Assembly (NCBI RefSeq): GCF_053078305.1
Contig: NZ_CP166879.1
Reading direction: 5' to 3' (one strand)
Length of the DNA: 64,000 nucleotides
The notes below the pieces were generated by a model. The model was given only the letters and a program-made list of their open reading frames with translations. It had not been told where the DNA came from and did not search any database. The position numbers were made by a program, and so were the translations under genes. Below are positions 29,251 through 41,280 of this stretch, piece after piece. Positions within the stretch are counted from its first letter, which is position 1, and each line of letters opens with the position of its first letter.

Positions 29251-29805
29251 ATGCTTATTGGCTATGTACGCGTATCAACAAATGACCAGAATACCGATCT
29301 ACAACGTAATGCGTTGAACTGTGCAGGATGCGAGCTGATTTTTGAAGACAAGATAAGCGGTACAAAGTCCGAAAGGCCGGGACTGAAAAAACTGCTCAGG
29401 ACATTATCGGCAGGTGACACTCTGGTTGTCTGGAAGCTGGATCGGCTGGGGCGTAGTATGCGGCATCTGGTCATTCTGGTTGAGGAGTTGCGCGAACGTG
29501 GCGTTAATTTTCGCAGCCTGACGGATGCTATTGATACCAGCACACCGATGGGGCGTTTTTTCTTTCATGTGATGGGGGCCCTGGCTGAAATGGAACGAGA
29601 ACTGATTGTTGAACGAACAAAAGCTGGACTGGAAGCTGCTCGCGCACAGGGACGAATTGGTGGACGTCGTCCCAAACTTACACCAGAACAATGGGCGCAG
29701 GCCGGGCGACTAATTGCATCAGGAGTTCCTCGCCAGAAGGTGGCGATCATTTATGATGTTGGCGTATCGACTTTGTATAAGAAGTTTCCGGTCGGAGATA
29801 AATGA
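29251..29805 (+). CDS. pin: Serine DNA invertase, Pin/Gin/Cin/Hin family
   Basis: MLIGYVRVSTNDQ with catalytic Ser; C-terminal HTH; 184 aa; adjacent to crossover site. Confidence 0.9.
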   Translation: MLIGYVRVSTNDQNTDLQRNALNCAGCELIFEDKISGTKSERPGLKKLLRTLSAGDTLVVWKLDRLGRSMRHLVILVEELRERGVNFRSLTDAIDTSTPMGRFFFHVMGALAEMERELIVERTKAGLEAARAQGRIGGRRPKLTPEQWAQAGRLIASGVPRQKVAIIYDVGVSTLYKKFPVGDK

Positions 29806-29885
29806 AACCGTAGCACGTCGTATGCAAGAACGTGCCACGGCTGGCTGATAAGCTTGTAAAAATATTGAACAGGGAGTGGAGCATT

Positions 29886-30533
29886 CTATGAAGCTAATTT
29901 GTTTAATTTCATTTGTAGTGACTTTACTTCTTGGTCGATAATGTCGAATCCCTTATTGACAGCATCTCTTAGCTCTGCATCAATATTTTTTATCCCTTGA
30001 GCATAATCTACCATTATATTTATTTTTGCATCATGTAATCTCTTATACATGGTTTTATTTTTGTTATTGTCTGCCATGCCAATAAGGATTTTTTCATAAT
30101 CCTCAATGAGTTTGTTGTTTCCTTTAAATGATTGTATTAATGAGCGTGAATATGTGTATATGTTAATTATTGAGTCTCTAGCAGAATCATTTAGTTTTGC
30201 AATGACATTCGCATTTTGCTCATAGAATGTGAAATTATCATCCCCTACAGGGAATGTGAGAATCAACATTTGTCCCGGTTTTATATTATCAATGTGTGTT
30301 TTCATCCTTTTATTATATAAATTGATTAGGGTGAAAACTTCTCCCTTAACTCCTTTTAATACTGAAAGTTGTAATTCAAGGGATTCTCTTTCTGTCTCTA
30401 CTTTAGACAGCTTAGCTTGTTGGGTAACTCCTTTTAGGGTAAACCATCCGCCAATAAGAGTACCAACTAGAGCTGTGAGGGAGGAGGATAACCATCCAGG
30501 TATGCTATTTAAAAGATTACTAAATTCACTCAT
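29886..30533 (-). CDS. Hypothetical membrane-anchored protein (N-terminal TM helix, coiled-coil-like remainder); prophage cargo
   Basis: ORF track 215 aa; hydrophobic stretch WLSSSLTALVGTLIGGWFTL; strongly AT-rich. Confidence 0.5.
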   Translation of the reverse strand: MSEFSNLLNSIPGWLSSSLTALVGTLIGGWFTLKGVTQQAKLSKVETERESLELQLSVLKGVKGEVFTLINLYNKRMKTHIDNIKPGQMLILTFPVGDDNFTFYEQNANVIAKLNDSARDSIINIYTYSRSLIQSFKGNNKLIEDYEKILIGMADNNKNKTMYKRLHDAKINIMVDYAQGIKNIDAELRDAVNKGFDIIDQEVKSLQMKLNKLAS

Positions 30534-30593
30534 TATAAGTACTCGCTAATATTGAACGATATATATATATCAAATTATTATAAAACTCGTCAG

Positions 30594-30935
30594 CTACTGG
30601 AGAAGGCTACCTGAACTTCGATCTATTCCTGCATCCATATAGTTGATGGTCTTCTGGAGCTCTTCGATTAGGGCAACAGCTTTTGCTCGAGAAATGCATA
30701 TTAGTTGATCCGGAAATTCTTGTAAGGGCCAGTTTGGTATACAGGCCATGTTATCAATGAAGGATGCAGACAAGTAAACTTCATTGGTAACCAGAGAATA
30801 GCTTACCTCAAAATTGGTGAGTTCCGGCAAACTGCTAACGTTTGACTCTTTTCTGCGCATAATATTATCCATGACTGTAATTATGTACAGGTGATGGTCT
30901 TCAATTTCGAAGAGGGAGTCAAGGGGGAGTCTCAA
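30594..30935 (-). CDS. Hypothetical protein, upstream partner of the membrane protein; prophage cargo
   Basis: ORF track 113 aa from TTG; alternative ATG gives about 92 aa; AT-rich. Confidence 0.4.
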   Translation of the reverse strand: MRLPLDSLFEIEDHHLYIITVMDNIMRRKESNVSSLPELTNFEVSYSLVTNEVYLSASFIDNMACIPNWPLQEFPDQLICISRAKAVALIEELQKTINYMDAGIDRSSGSLLQ

Positions 30936-31174
30936 ATGAACCGTTATAGAAAAAGGGGGGGGATCTTTGTGTTGCTGAACTTATGCAAAATTTTTTTGCA
31001 CCATAAATCCAACAACACATTCAATAACACATTGCTGTATCACTATGAAAATAAATGTGTTTTTATTTGATTTCACACATATCACAATTGATGCATTTTT
31101 TAGTGATTAACAGCGCCATAAGGAAACTCTCAAAACAACACAAACCGGGCGGGCATTATACGCGCATTCTTTAC

Positions 31175-32023
31175 TCAGACCAGTTTTTTCACCAGCGCTT
31201 CACTATGACGAATACGTTCTGGTGCCAGTTCCAGATCCTGCTGAATCAGCGCAATGAACAGCAAATCCGTTAACATTCCCTGCGCGTGACAAGCAGAGAT
31301 TGAAGCACTGTTTGTCGCTTGTTCTTCGGCAATGGTATACAGGCAATGAGAAGCACGCTGTTGCAGGGCATTGGGAGTAAAGCCGGTAATCGCCAGCACT
31401 TTTCCGCCCACTCGCAGCATCTCATCTGCCGCCAGGTTTAACTCGCGTCGTACACCGGTGTAAGAAATGGCTAATAACAGATCGTCAGGGGACGACGCCT
31501 GTACGGTAGCGAGTAGCGCATGCATATCGCGCACTGCGGCAGCATTGAAGCCAATCTTCATCAGCTTCCAGGCAAAGTTTTGCGCCACCAGACCCGAAGC
31601 GCCAATACCGGTCAGAATTATCCGCCGCGCAGAGCGCAACATTGTTACGCATTCATGCAGTTTCTCTTCACTATTAACGTTTAGCGTTGCGTACATAGCG
31701 GCAGTATTTTCTTTAATCAGTTTTTCGCCGACCAGCCGTAACGGATCATCACCGCGGATTTGGTTATGAATGGGCACGGAGGGCGATTCCGGCTGGCTTG
31801 CCAGCGCTTCACTCAACGCCAACTTAAGCGCCGGAAAACCTTTATAGCCGAGTTTTTGCGCGAACTTCACGACGCTGGACTGACTGACTCCGGCTTCGTT
31901 GGCCAGTTGCTGAGAGCTTAAATGGCGCGCCGTATCAGGTTGTAGCAGCAGATAATCCGCCAGTTTTTTATCACTCTGGGCAAGCCCCTGGTAACGCTGA
32001 CGGATACGAAGTAAGCCGTTCAT
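31175..32023 (-). CDS. yfhH: RpiR/MurR-family transcriptional regulator YfhH
   Basis: HTH plus SIS-domain sequence; K-12 gene order; start taken at the ATG giving 282 aa. Confidence 0.85.
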   Translation of the reverse strand: MNGLLRIRQRYQGLAQSDKKLADYLLLQPDTARHLSSQQLANEAGVSQSSVVKFAQKLGYKGFPALKLALSEALASQPESPSVPIHNQIRGDDPLRLVGEKLIKENTAAMYATLNVNSEEKLHECVTMLRSARRIILTGIGASGLVAQNFAWKLMKIGFNAAAVRDMHALLATVQASSPDDLLLAISYTGVRRELNLAADEMLRVGGKVLAITGFTPNALQQRASHCLYTIAEEQATNSASISACHAQGMLTDLLFIALIQQDLELAPERIRHSEALVKKLV

Positions 32024-32231
32024 ATCTTTCCTCGCGATGAAATAGTGGCGACAACAGGCAATATGAGACACACGCGAGTGAATTTTATATTCCATTGCCG
32101 CTAATTGCCATGAATTAAAAATTCCAGTTAGCCATGATGCGGTCGATTGTTGCCGGAAAAGTGATGATCTATCTGTTAGGCTATGTAGTAGCGAAAATTA
32201 ATCAGGATGTTTCAGTCCAGAGGAGTATGGT

Positions 32232-32867
32232 TTGGCAACTCACGAGCGTCGTGTGGTGTTTTTTGACTTAGATGGAACATTGCATCAGCAGGATATGTTC
32301 GGCAGTTTTTTGCGTTATTTACTGCGTCGCCAGCCGCTGAATGCGTTACTTGTCCTGCCGTTGTTGCCGATCATAGCCATTGCGTTATTGATAAAAGGTC
32401 GTGCGGCACGCTGGCCGATGAGTCTGCTTCTGTGGGGATGCACTTTTGGTCACAATGAAGCGCGTTTGCAGGCGTTGCAGGCCGATTTCGTACGCTGGTT
32501 TCGTGACAATGTTACCGCCTTTCCGCTGGTTCAGGAGCGATTAACCACCTACCTGTTAAGTTCCGATGCTGATATCTGGTTGATTACCGGCTCTCCGCAG
32601 CCGCTGGTTGAAGCGGTTTATTTCGATACGCCCTGGCTGCCGCGGGTTAATCTTATCGCCAGCCAAATTCAGCGTGGCTATGGTGGTTGGGTATTGACGA
32701 TGCGTTGTCTGGGACATGAAAAGGTCGCACAACTGGAGCGCAAAATCGGCACGCCGCTGCGGCTGTACAGTGGCTATAGCGACAGTAATCAGGACAATCC
32801 GCTGCTTTATTTCTGTCAGCATCGTTGGCGAGTAACCCCGCGCGGTGAACTCCAGCAACTGGAATAG
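32232..32867 (+). CDS. pgpC: Phosphatidylglycerophosphatase C
   Basis: 211 aa; HAD-type N-terminus FFDLDGTL; K-12 gene order. Confidence 0.85.
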   Translation: MATHERRVVFFDLDGTLHQQDMFGSFLRYLLRRQPLNALLVLPLLPIIAIALLIKGRAARWPMSLLLWGCTFGHNEARLQALQADFVRWFRDNVTAFPLVQERLTTYLLSSDADIWLITGSPQPLVEAVYFDTPWLPRVNLIASQIQRGYGGWVLTMRCLGHEKVAQLERKIGTPLRLYSGYSDSNQDNPLLYFCQHRWRVTPRGELQQLE

Positions 32868-32879
32868 AGTAAAGCATAG

Positions 32880-34981
<2,102 letters not shown>

Positions 34982-35146
34982 TTAGTTAATTCTCTGTGTC
35001 GTGCGCGTCCCAGCTTGAAAAAACGTAATAATAGTGAAAGGTTTACTCATAAATGAGCGGCATTTTGCGTAAACCTGCGCCAGATGGCAACTTATTACAG
35101 CCATTGGCGGCACGCGTTGCTAATTCACGATGGTGATTTTATTTCC

Positions 35147-35185
35147 ACGCAAACGGTTTCGTCAGCGCATCAGATTCTTTATAAT
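35147..35185 (+). promoter_or_regulatory. purL promoter region: PurR box ACGCAAACGGTTTCGT (35147-35162) and -10 TATAAT (35180-35185)
   Basis: 16-bp match to recalled PurR operator consensus; consensus -10 read directly. Confidence 0.6.
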
Positions 35186-35242
35186 GACGCCCGTTTCCCC
35201 CCCCCCCTTGGGTACACCGAAAGCTTAGAAGACGAGAGACTT

Positions 35243-38200
35243 ATGATGGAAATTCTGCGTGGTTCGCCTGCACTGTCGGCATTCCGAATCAACAAACTGC
35301 TGGCACGTTTTCAGGCTGCCAGGCTCCCGGTTCACAATATTTACGCCGAGTATGTCCATTTTGCTGACCTCAATGCGCCGTTAAACGATGATGAGCACGC
35401 ACAACTTGAACGCCTGCTGAAATATGGCCCGGCACTCGCCAGCCACGCCCCGCAAGGCAAACTCCTGCTGGTGACCCCGCGTCCTGGCACCATCTCTCCC
35501 TGGTCTTCGAAAGCGACCGATATTGCCCATAACTGCGGGCTACAACAGGTAAACCGCCTTGAGCGCGGCGTTGCTTACTATATAGAAGCCGGTACGCTGA
35601 CCAATGAACAATGGCAGCAGGTTACCGCTGAACTGCACGACCGCATGATGGAAACGGTCTTTTTTGCTTTAGATGATGCAGAGCAGTTGTTTGCCCACCA
35701 TCAACCGACTCCGGTTACCAGCGTTGATTTGCTGGGGCAGGGCCGTCAGGCGCTGATCGACGCTAACCTGCGTCTTGGCTTGGCTCTGGCGGAAGATGAA
35801 ATTGACTATCTGCAGGATGCTTTCACAAAGCTTGGTCGTAACCCGAACGACATCGAGCTGTATATGTTCGCTCAGGCGAACTCTGAGCACTGCCGCCACA
35901 AAATTTTTAATGCCGACTGGATTATCGACGGTGAACAGCAGCCGAAATCGCTGTTCAAGATGATCAAAAATACTTTCGAAACCACGCCAGATCACGTTCT
36001 CTCTGCTTATAAAGATAACGCCGCCGTAATGGAAGGTTCTGAAGTGGGCCGCTACTTTGCTGACCACGAAACGGGCCGCTACGATTTCCATCAGGAACCG
36101 GCGCATATTCTGATGAAAGTCGAAACTCACAACCACCCGACGGCGATTTCTCCGTGGCCGGGCGCGGCGACCGGTTCCGGCGGCGAAATTCGTGATGAAG
36201 GCGCCACCGGACGCGGCGCGAAGCCGAAAGCGGGTTTGGTTGGTTTCTCCGTTTCCAACCTGCGAATTCCTGGCTTCGAACAGCCGTGGGAAGAAGATTT
36301 CGGTAAGCCTGAGCGCATTGTCACCGCGCTGGACATCATGACCGAAGGCCCGCTGGGCGGCGCGGCGTTTAACAACGAATTTGGTCGTCCGGCACTGAAT
36401 GGCTACTTCCGTACTTATGAAGAAAAAGTGAACAGCCACAACGGCGAAGAGCTGCGCGGTTATCACAAACCGATCATGCTGGCGGGCGGGATCGGCAACA
36501 TTCGCGCCGATCACGTACAAAAAGGCGAGATCAACGTCGGTGCGAAACTGGTCGTTCTCGGCGGCCCGGCAATGAACATCGGTCTTGGCGGCGGAGCGGC
36601 GTCTTCCATGGCGTCAGGTCAGTCTGATGCCGACCTCGACTTTGCTTCCGTACAGCGCGACAACCCGGAGATGGAGCGTCGCTGCCAGGAAGTGATCGAC
36701 CGTTGCTGGCAGCTTGGTGATGCCAACCCAATCCTGTTTATCCACGACGTCGGCGCTGGCGGTCTTTCTAACGCGATGCCGGAACTGGTGAGCGACGGCG
36801 GGCGCGGCGGTAAATTTGAACTGCGCGATATTCTAAGCGACGAACCGGGCATGAGCCCGCTGGAAATCTGGTGTAACGAATCCCAGGAACGCTACGTGCT
36901 GGCGGTTGCTGCCGATCAATTACCGCTGTTTGACGAACTGTGTAAGCGTGAGCGCGCACCCTACGCGGTGATTGGTGAAGCGACCGAAGAACTGCATCTT
37001 TCTCTGCACGATCGTCATTTTGATAATCAGCCGATCGATCTGCCGCTGGACGTCCTGCTTGGTAAAACGCCGAAGATGACCCGCGATGTACAAACGCTGA
37101 AAGCGAAGGGCGATGCGCTGGTCCGTGAAGGGATCACCATTGCAGACGCGGTGAAACGCGTACTGCATCTGCCGACCGTGGCGGAGAAAACTTTCCTGGT
37201 GACCATCGGTGACCGCAGCGTAACCGGCATGGTGGCGCGCGATCAGATGGTGGGGCCGTGGCAGGTGCCGGTCGCTAACTGCGCTGTCACTACCGCCAGC
37301 CTCGACAGCTACTACGGTGAAGCGATGGCGATTGGCGAGCGTGCGCCGGTTGCGCTGCTGGATTTCGCCGCCTCTGCCCGTCTGGCGGTCGGTGAAGCGT
37401 TAACCAATATTGCCGCAACACAGATTGGCGATATCAAACGCATTAAACTTTCCGCCAACTGGATGGCGGCGGCAGGCCACCCTGGTGAAGATGCGGGCCT
37501 GTATGAAGCCGTTAAAGCCGTGGGCGAAGAGCTTTGTCCGGCGCTGGGCCTGACGATCCCGGTGGGTAAAGACTCTATGTCGATGAAAACCCGCTGGCAG
37601 GAAGGTAACGAAGAGCGCGAAATGACGTCGCCGCTGTCGCTGGTGATTTCTGCATTTGCCCGCGTGGAAGATGTACGTCACACCATCACGCCGCAGCTTT
37701 CTACCGAAGATAACGCACTGCTGCTGATTGATTTGGGCAAAGGCAATAACGCGCTGGGCGCAACGGCGCTGGCGCAGGTTTATCGTCAGCTTGGCGATAA
37801 ACCGGCAGATGTACGCGATGTCGCGCAACTGAAAGGCTTCTATGACGCGATTCAGGCGCTGGTTGCACAGCGTAAGCTGCTGGCGTATCACGACCGCTCT
37901 GATGGCGGCCTGCTGGTAACGCTGGCGGAAATGGCCTTTGCTGGTCATTGTGGCATTGACGCTGATATCGCCACTCTGGGTGACGATCGCCTGGCGGCGT
38001 TGTTTAACGAAGAACTGGGTGCGGTGATTCAGGTTCGTGCCGCTGACCGTGAAGCGGTCGAATCCGTACTGGCACAGCATGGGCTTGCTGATTGCGTCCA
38101 TTATGTTGGGCAGGCGGTTTCCGGTGACCGTTTTGTGATTACCGCCAATGGGCAGACTGTATTCAGCGAAAGCCGCACTACGTTGCGTGTCTGGTGGGCA

Positions 38201-39130
38201 GAAACTACCTGGCAGATGCAGCGCCTGCGTGACAACCCGGAGTGTGCCGACCAGGAGCACCAGGCGAAATCAAACGACGCCGATCCTGGCCTGAATGTGA
38301 AACTGTCGTTCGATATCAACGAAGATGTGGCAGCACCGTATATTGCCACTGGCGCACGTCCGAAAGTTGCCGTGCTGCGTGAGCAGGGTGTGAACTCGCA
38401 TGTTGAAATGGCGGCAGCTTTCCACCGTGCGGGCTTTGATGCTATCGACGTGCATATGAGCGACCTGCTGGCTGGACGCACGGGCCTGGAGGATTTCCAC
38501 GCCCTGGTCGCGTGCGGTGGTTTCTCCTACGGTGATGTGCTGGGTGCCGGTGAAGGTTGGGCGAAGTCTATCCTGTTCAATGACCGTGTACGCGATGAGT
38601 TTGCAACCTTCTTCCACCGTCCGCAAACGCTGGCGCTGGGGGTATGTAACGGTTGCCAGATGATGTCTAATCTGCGTGAACTGATCCCAGGTAGTGAGTT
38701 GTGGCCACGTTTTGTGCGCAATACCTCCGATCGCTTTGAAGCGCGTTTCAGCCTGGTTGAAGTGACCCAAAGCCCGTCGCTGCTGTTGCAGGGGATGGTG
38801 GGCTCGCAAATGCCGATTGCTGTCTCTCATGGTGAAGGGCGCGTGGAAGTGCGTGATGCGGCGCATCTGGCGGCACTGGAAAGCAAAGGGCTGGTGGCAC
38901 TGCGCTATGTCGATAACTTCGGCAAAGTCACTGAAACCTACCCGGCTAACCCGAACGGTTCTCCGAATGGTATTACGGCGGTCACGACTGAAAGCGGTCG
39001 AGTCACCATTATGATGCCGCATCCGGAACGTGTTTTCCGTACTGTCAGCAACTCCTGGCATCCGGAAAACTGGGGCGAAGATGGCCCGTGGATGCGTATT
39101 TTCCGCAATGCGCGTAAGCAGTTGGGGTAA
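35243..39130 (+). CDS. purL: Phosphoribosylformylglycinamidine synthase
   Basis: 1295 aa from [12 protein letters not shown]; unmistakable large PurL. Confidence 0.95.
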
Positions 39131-39190
39131 GCCGTCAAACCCATTGGTTTTGCAACCCGCATCCGGCATTAAACACCAACCACTATTATA

Positions 39191-39216
39191 AGCTCCCAAC
39201 TCCGGGAGCTTTTTTG
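39191..39216 (+). terminator. purL rho-independent terminator (AGCTCCC / GGGAGCT then TTTTTT)
   Basis: Hairpin and T-run read directly. Confidence 0.55.
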
Positions 39217-39330
39217 TGTCTGTAAATCACGACAATGGGTGGTTTGGCGCGTCGCTTTTTGGCGACACTTAACTGATTGATTTAACTGAAATATAATAAG
39301 TTTATCTTAAGCTGTCTCTTTTTAGCGACA
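39217..39330 (+). promoter_or_regulatory. Three TGTC-N10-GACA activator sites (39217-39234, 39250-39267, 39313-39330) upstream of glmY; GlrR binding sites
   Basis: Inverted-repeat half-sites read directly; matches recalled GlrR site architecture. Confidence 0.55.
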
Positions 39331-39419
39331 CAGTGGCTGATTTACACCCAAATAGTGGAGAAGCCATAAACCCCTCAAAGCAACGTATAATCAGTACGTT
39401 ACCAAACTATTTTCTTTAT

Positions 39420-39439
39420 TGGCACAGTTACTGCATAAT
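39420..39439 (+). promoter_or_regulatory. glmY sigma-54 promoter (TGGCAC-N5-CTGCA) overlapping a sigma-70 -10 CATAAT
   Basis: -24/-12 elements read directly. Confidence 0.6.
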
Positions 39440-39446
39440 AGTAAGC

Positions 39447-39632
39447 AGTGGCTCATTCACCGACTTATGTCAGCCCCTTCGGGACGTGCTACATAAAATT
39501 CGAATGACGCACAACAAGGTGCCTGCCGTCCAACTTCTGATATCAGCGTAGCTATATCAACCATCGGGCGAAACGTCGAGTTAGGCACCGCCTTATTCCA
39601 TAACAAAGCCGGGTAATTCCCGGCTTTGTTGT
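39447..39632 (+). ncRNA. glmY: Small RNA GlmY
   Basis: Position between purL and glrK, sigma-54 promoter, terminal hairpin AAAGCCGGG / CCCGGCTTT plus U-run; sequence matches recall. Confidence 0.7.
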
Positions 39633-39688
39633 ATCTGAACTTCCCCTCGGTTAGCATCAGGCTATTCGCGTCTGACGAGAGTAACACC

Positions 39689-41116
39689 TTGAAACGCTGG
39701 CCCGTTTTTCCCCGCTCATTACGACAACTGGTAATGCTGGCATTTTTGCTGATTCTGCTACCCCTGTTGGTGCTGGCATGGCAAGCCTGGCAAAGCCTGA
39801 ATGCGCTTAGCGATCAGGCGGCGCTGGTTAACCGCACTACGCTTATTGATGCCCGGCGCAGTGAAGCGATGACCAACGCGGCACTGGAGATGGAGCGCAG
39901 CTACCGTCAGTATTGCGTGCTGGACGACCCTACGCTTGCGAAGGTTTATCAAAGCCAGCGCAAGCGTTACAGCGAAATGCTCGATGCTCACGCAGGCGTG
40001 CTGCCTGACGATAAACTTTACCAGGCATTGCGTCAGGACTTGAACAATCTGGCCCAACTTCAGTGTAACAACAGTGGTCCCGATGCTGCTGCCGCCGCGC
40101 GTCTTGAAGCCTTTGCCAGTGCCAATACCGAAATGGTGCAGGCCACGCGCACCGTGGTGTTCTCTCGTGGGCAGCAACTTCAGCGTGAAATCGCCGAACG
40201 TGGGCAATATTTTGGTTGGCAATCGCTGGTGCTATTTCTGGTGAGTCTGGTGATGGTGCTACTTTTCACGCGGATGATTATCGGTCCGGTGAAAAATATC
40301 GAGAGGATGATCAACCGGTTGGGGGAAGGGCGTTCACTGGGCAATAGCGTCTCGTTCAGTGGACCGAGCGAGTTACGCTCGGTTGGGCAACGTATTCTTT
40401 GGTTAAGTGAGCGCCTGTCATGGCTGGAATCCCAACGCCATCAATTTTTAAGACATTTATCTCATGAATTAAAAACGCCACTGGCGAGTATGCGCGAGGG
40501 CACTGAATTACTGGCTGACCAGGTTGTCGGGCCGCTTACGCCAGAGCAAAAAGAGGTGGTGAGCATTCTTGATAGCAGCAGCCGCAATTTGCAAAAGCTG
40601 ATCGAACAACTGCTTGATTACAACCGTAAACAGGCGGACAGTGCGGTGGAACTGGAGAATGTTGAGTTAGCACCGCTGGTGGAGACAGTAGTTTCTGCTC
40701 ATAGCCTGCCCGCACGGGCTAAAATGATGCATACCGACGTCGATCTCAAAGCAACAGCTTGCCTGGCGGAGCCAATGCTGCTGATGAGCGTACTGGATAA
40801 TCTTTACTCCAATGCGGTGAACTACGGGGCTGAATCCGGTAACATTTGCCTTCGCAGCAGTTTACATGGTGCGCGGGTTTATATTGATGTTATCAATACA
40901 GGCACGCCCATTCCGCAAGAGGAACGCGCCATGATCTTCGAACCCTTTTTTCAGGGAAGCCACCAGCGAAAAGGGGCGGTGAAGGGCAGCGGTCTGGGAT
41001 TAAGCATTGCCAGGGATTGTATTCGCCGTATGCAAGGGGAACTGTATCTGGTCGACGAGAGCGGGCAAGACGTTTGTTTCCGCATTGAATTACCGTCGTC
41101 GAAAAACACGAAATAA
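39689..41116 (+). CDS. glrK: Sensor histidine kinase GlrK
   Basis: TTG start gives 475 aa; histidine-kinase H-box and ATPase motifs; K-12 gene order. Confidence 0.85.
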   Translation: MKRWPVFPRSLRQLVMLAFLLILLPLLVLAWQAWQSLNALSDQAALVNRTTLIDARRSEAMTNAALEMERSYRQYCVLDDPTLAKVYQSQRKRYSEMLDAHAGVLPDDKLYQALRQDLNNLAQLQCNNSGPDAAAAARLEAFASANTEMVQATRTVVFSRGQQLQREIAERGQYFGWQSLVLFLVSLVMVLLFTRMIIGPVKNIERMINRLGEGRSLGNSVSFSGPSELRSVGQRILWLSERLSWLESQRHQFLRHLSHELKTPLASMREGTELLADQVVGPLTPEQKEVVSILDSSSRNLQKLIEQLLDYNRKQADSAVELENVELAPLVETVVSAHSLPARAKMMHTDVDLKATACLAEPMLLMSVLDNLYSNAVNYGAESGNICLRSSLHGARVYIDVINTGTPIPQEERAMIFEPFFQGSHQRKGAVKGSGLGLSIARDCIRRMQGELYLVDESGQDVCFRIELPSSKNTK

Positions 41117-41280
41117 TACTAACAGCCTATCCCATCAGGCTATTTTATTTGCCAGTTCGGCCCCGGGCAGTGCTCGAAATCCTCACGTACGACGTGTACG
41201 CTCCGGTTTCTCCGCGCTGTCCATGTCCAAACTGTCTGCAACAATTACGCCCACTGGGATAGGCTTTAAGTCTGGTGAAT

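Larger units (their letters stand above)
1..30950. mobile_element. Prophage, right-hand portion (left end and integrase lie outside the window); mosaic temperate phage with lambdoid regulation and lysis, Mu-like head and contractile tail
   Basis: Contiguous phage modules from repressor to tail fibre and invertase; conserved core gene yfhH follows at 31175; AT-rich cargo at the edge. Confidence 0.8.

Noticed and set aside
30936-31174. tRNA or tmRNA gene as integration target at the prophage boundary
   Set aside because: No tRNA-like acceptor/T-arm signature (GTTCGAATC-type) recognised by eye in this spacer; the integration target remains unidentified.
35669-36520. 283-aa minus-strand ORF inside purL (also 37400-38260 and 38270-39199)
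   Set aside because: Antisense to the clearly coding purL frame; long antisense ORFs are common in GC-rich coding sequence.
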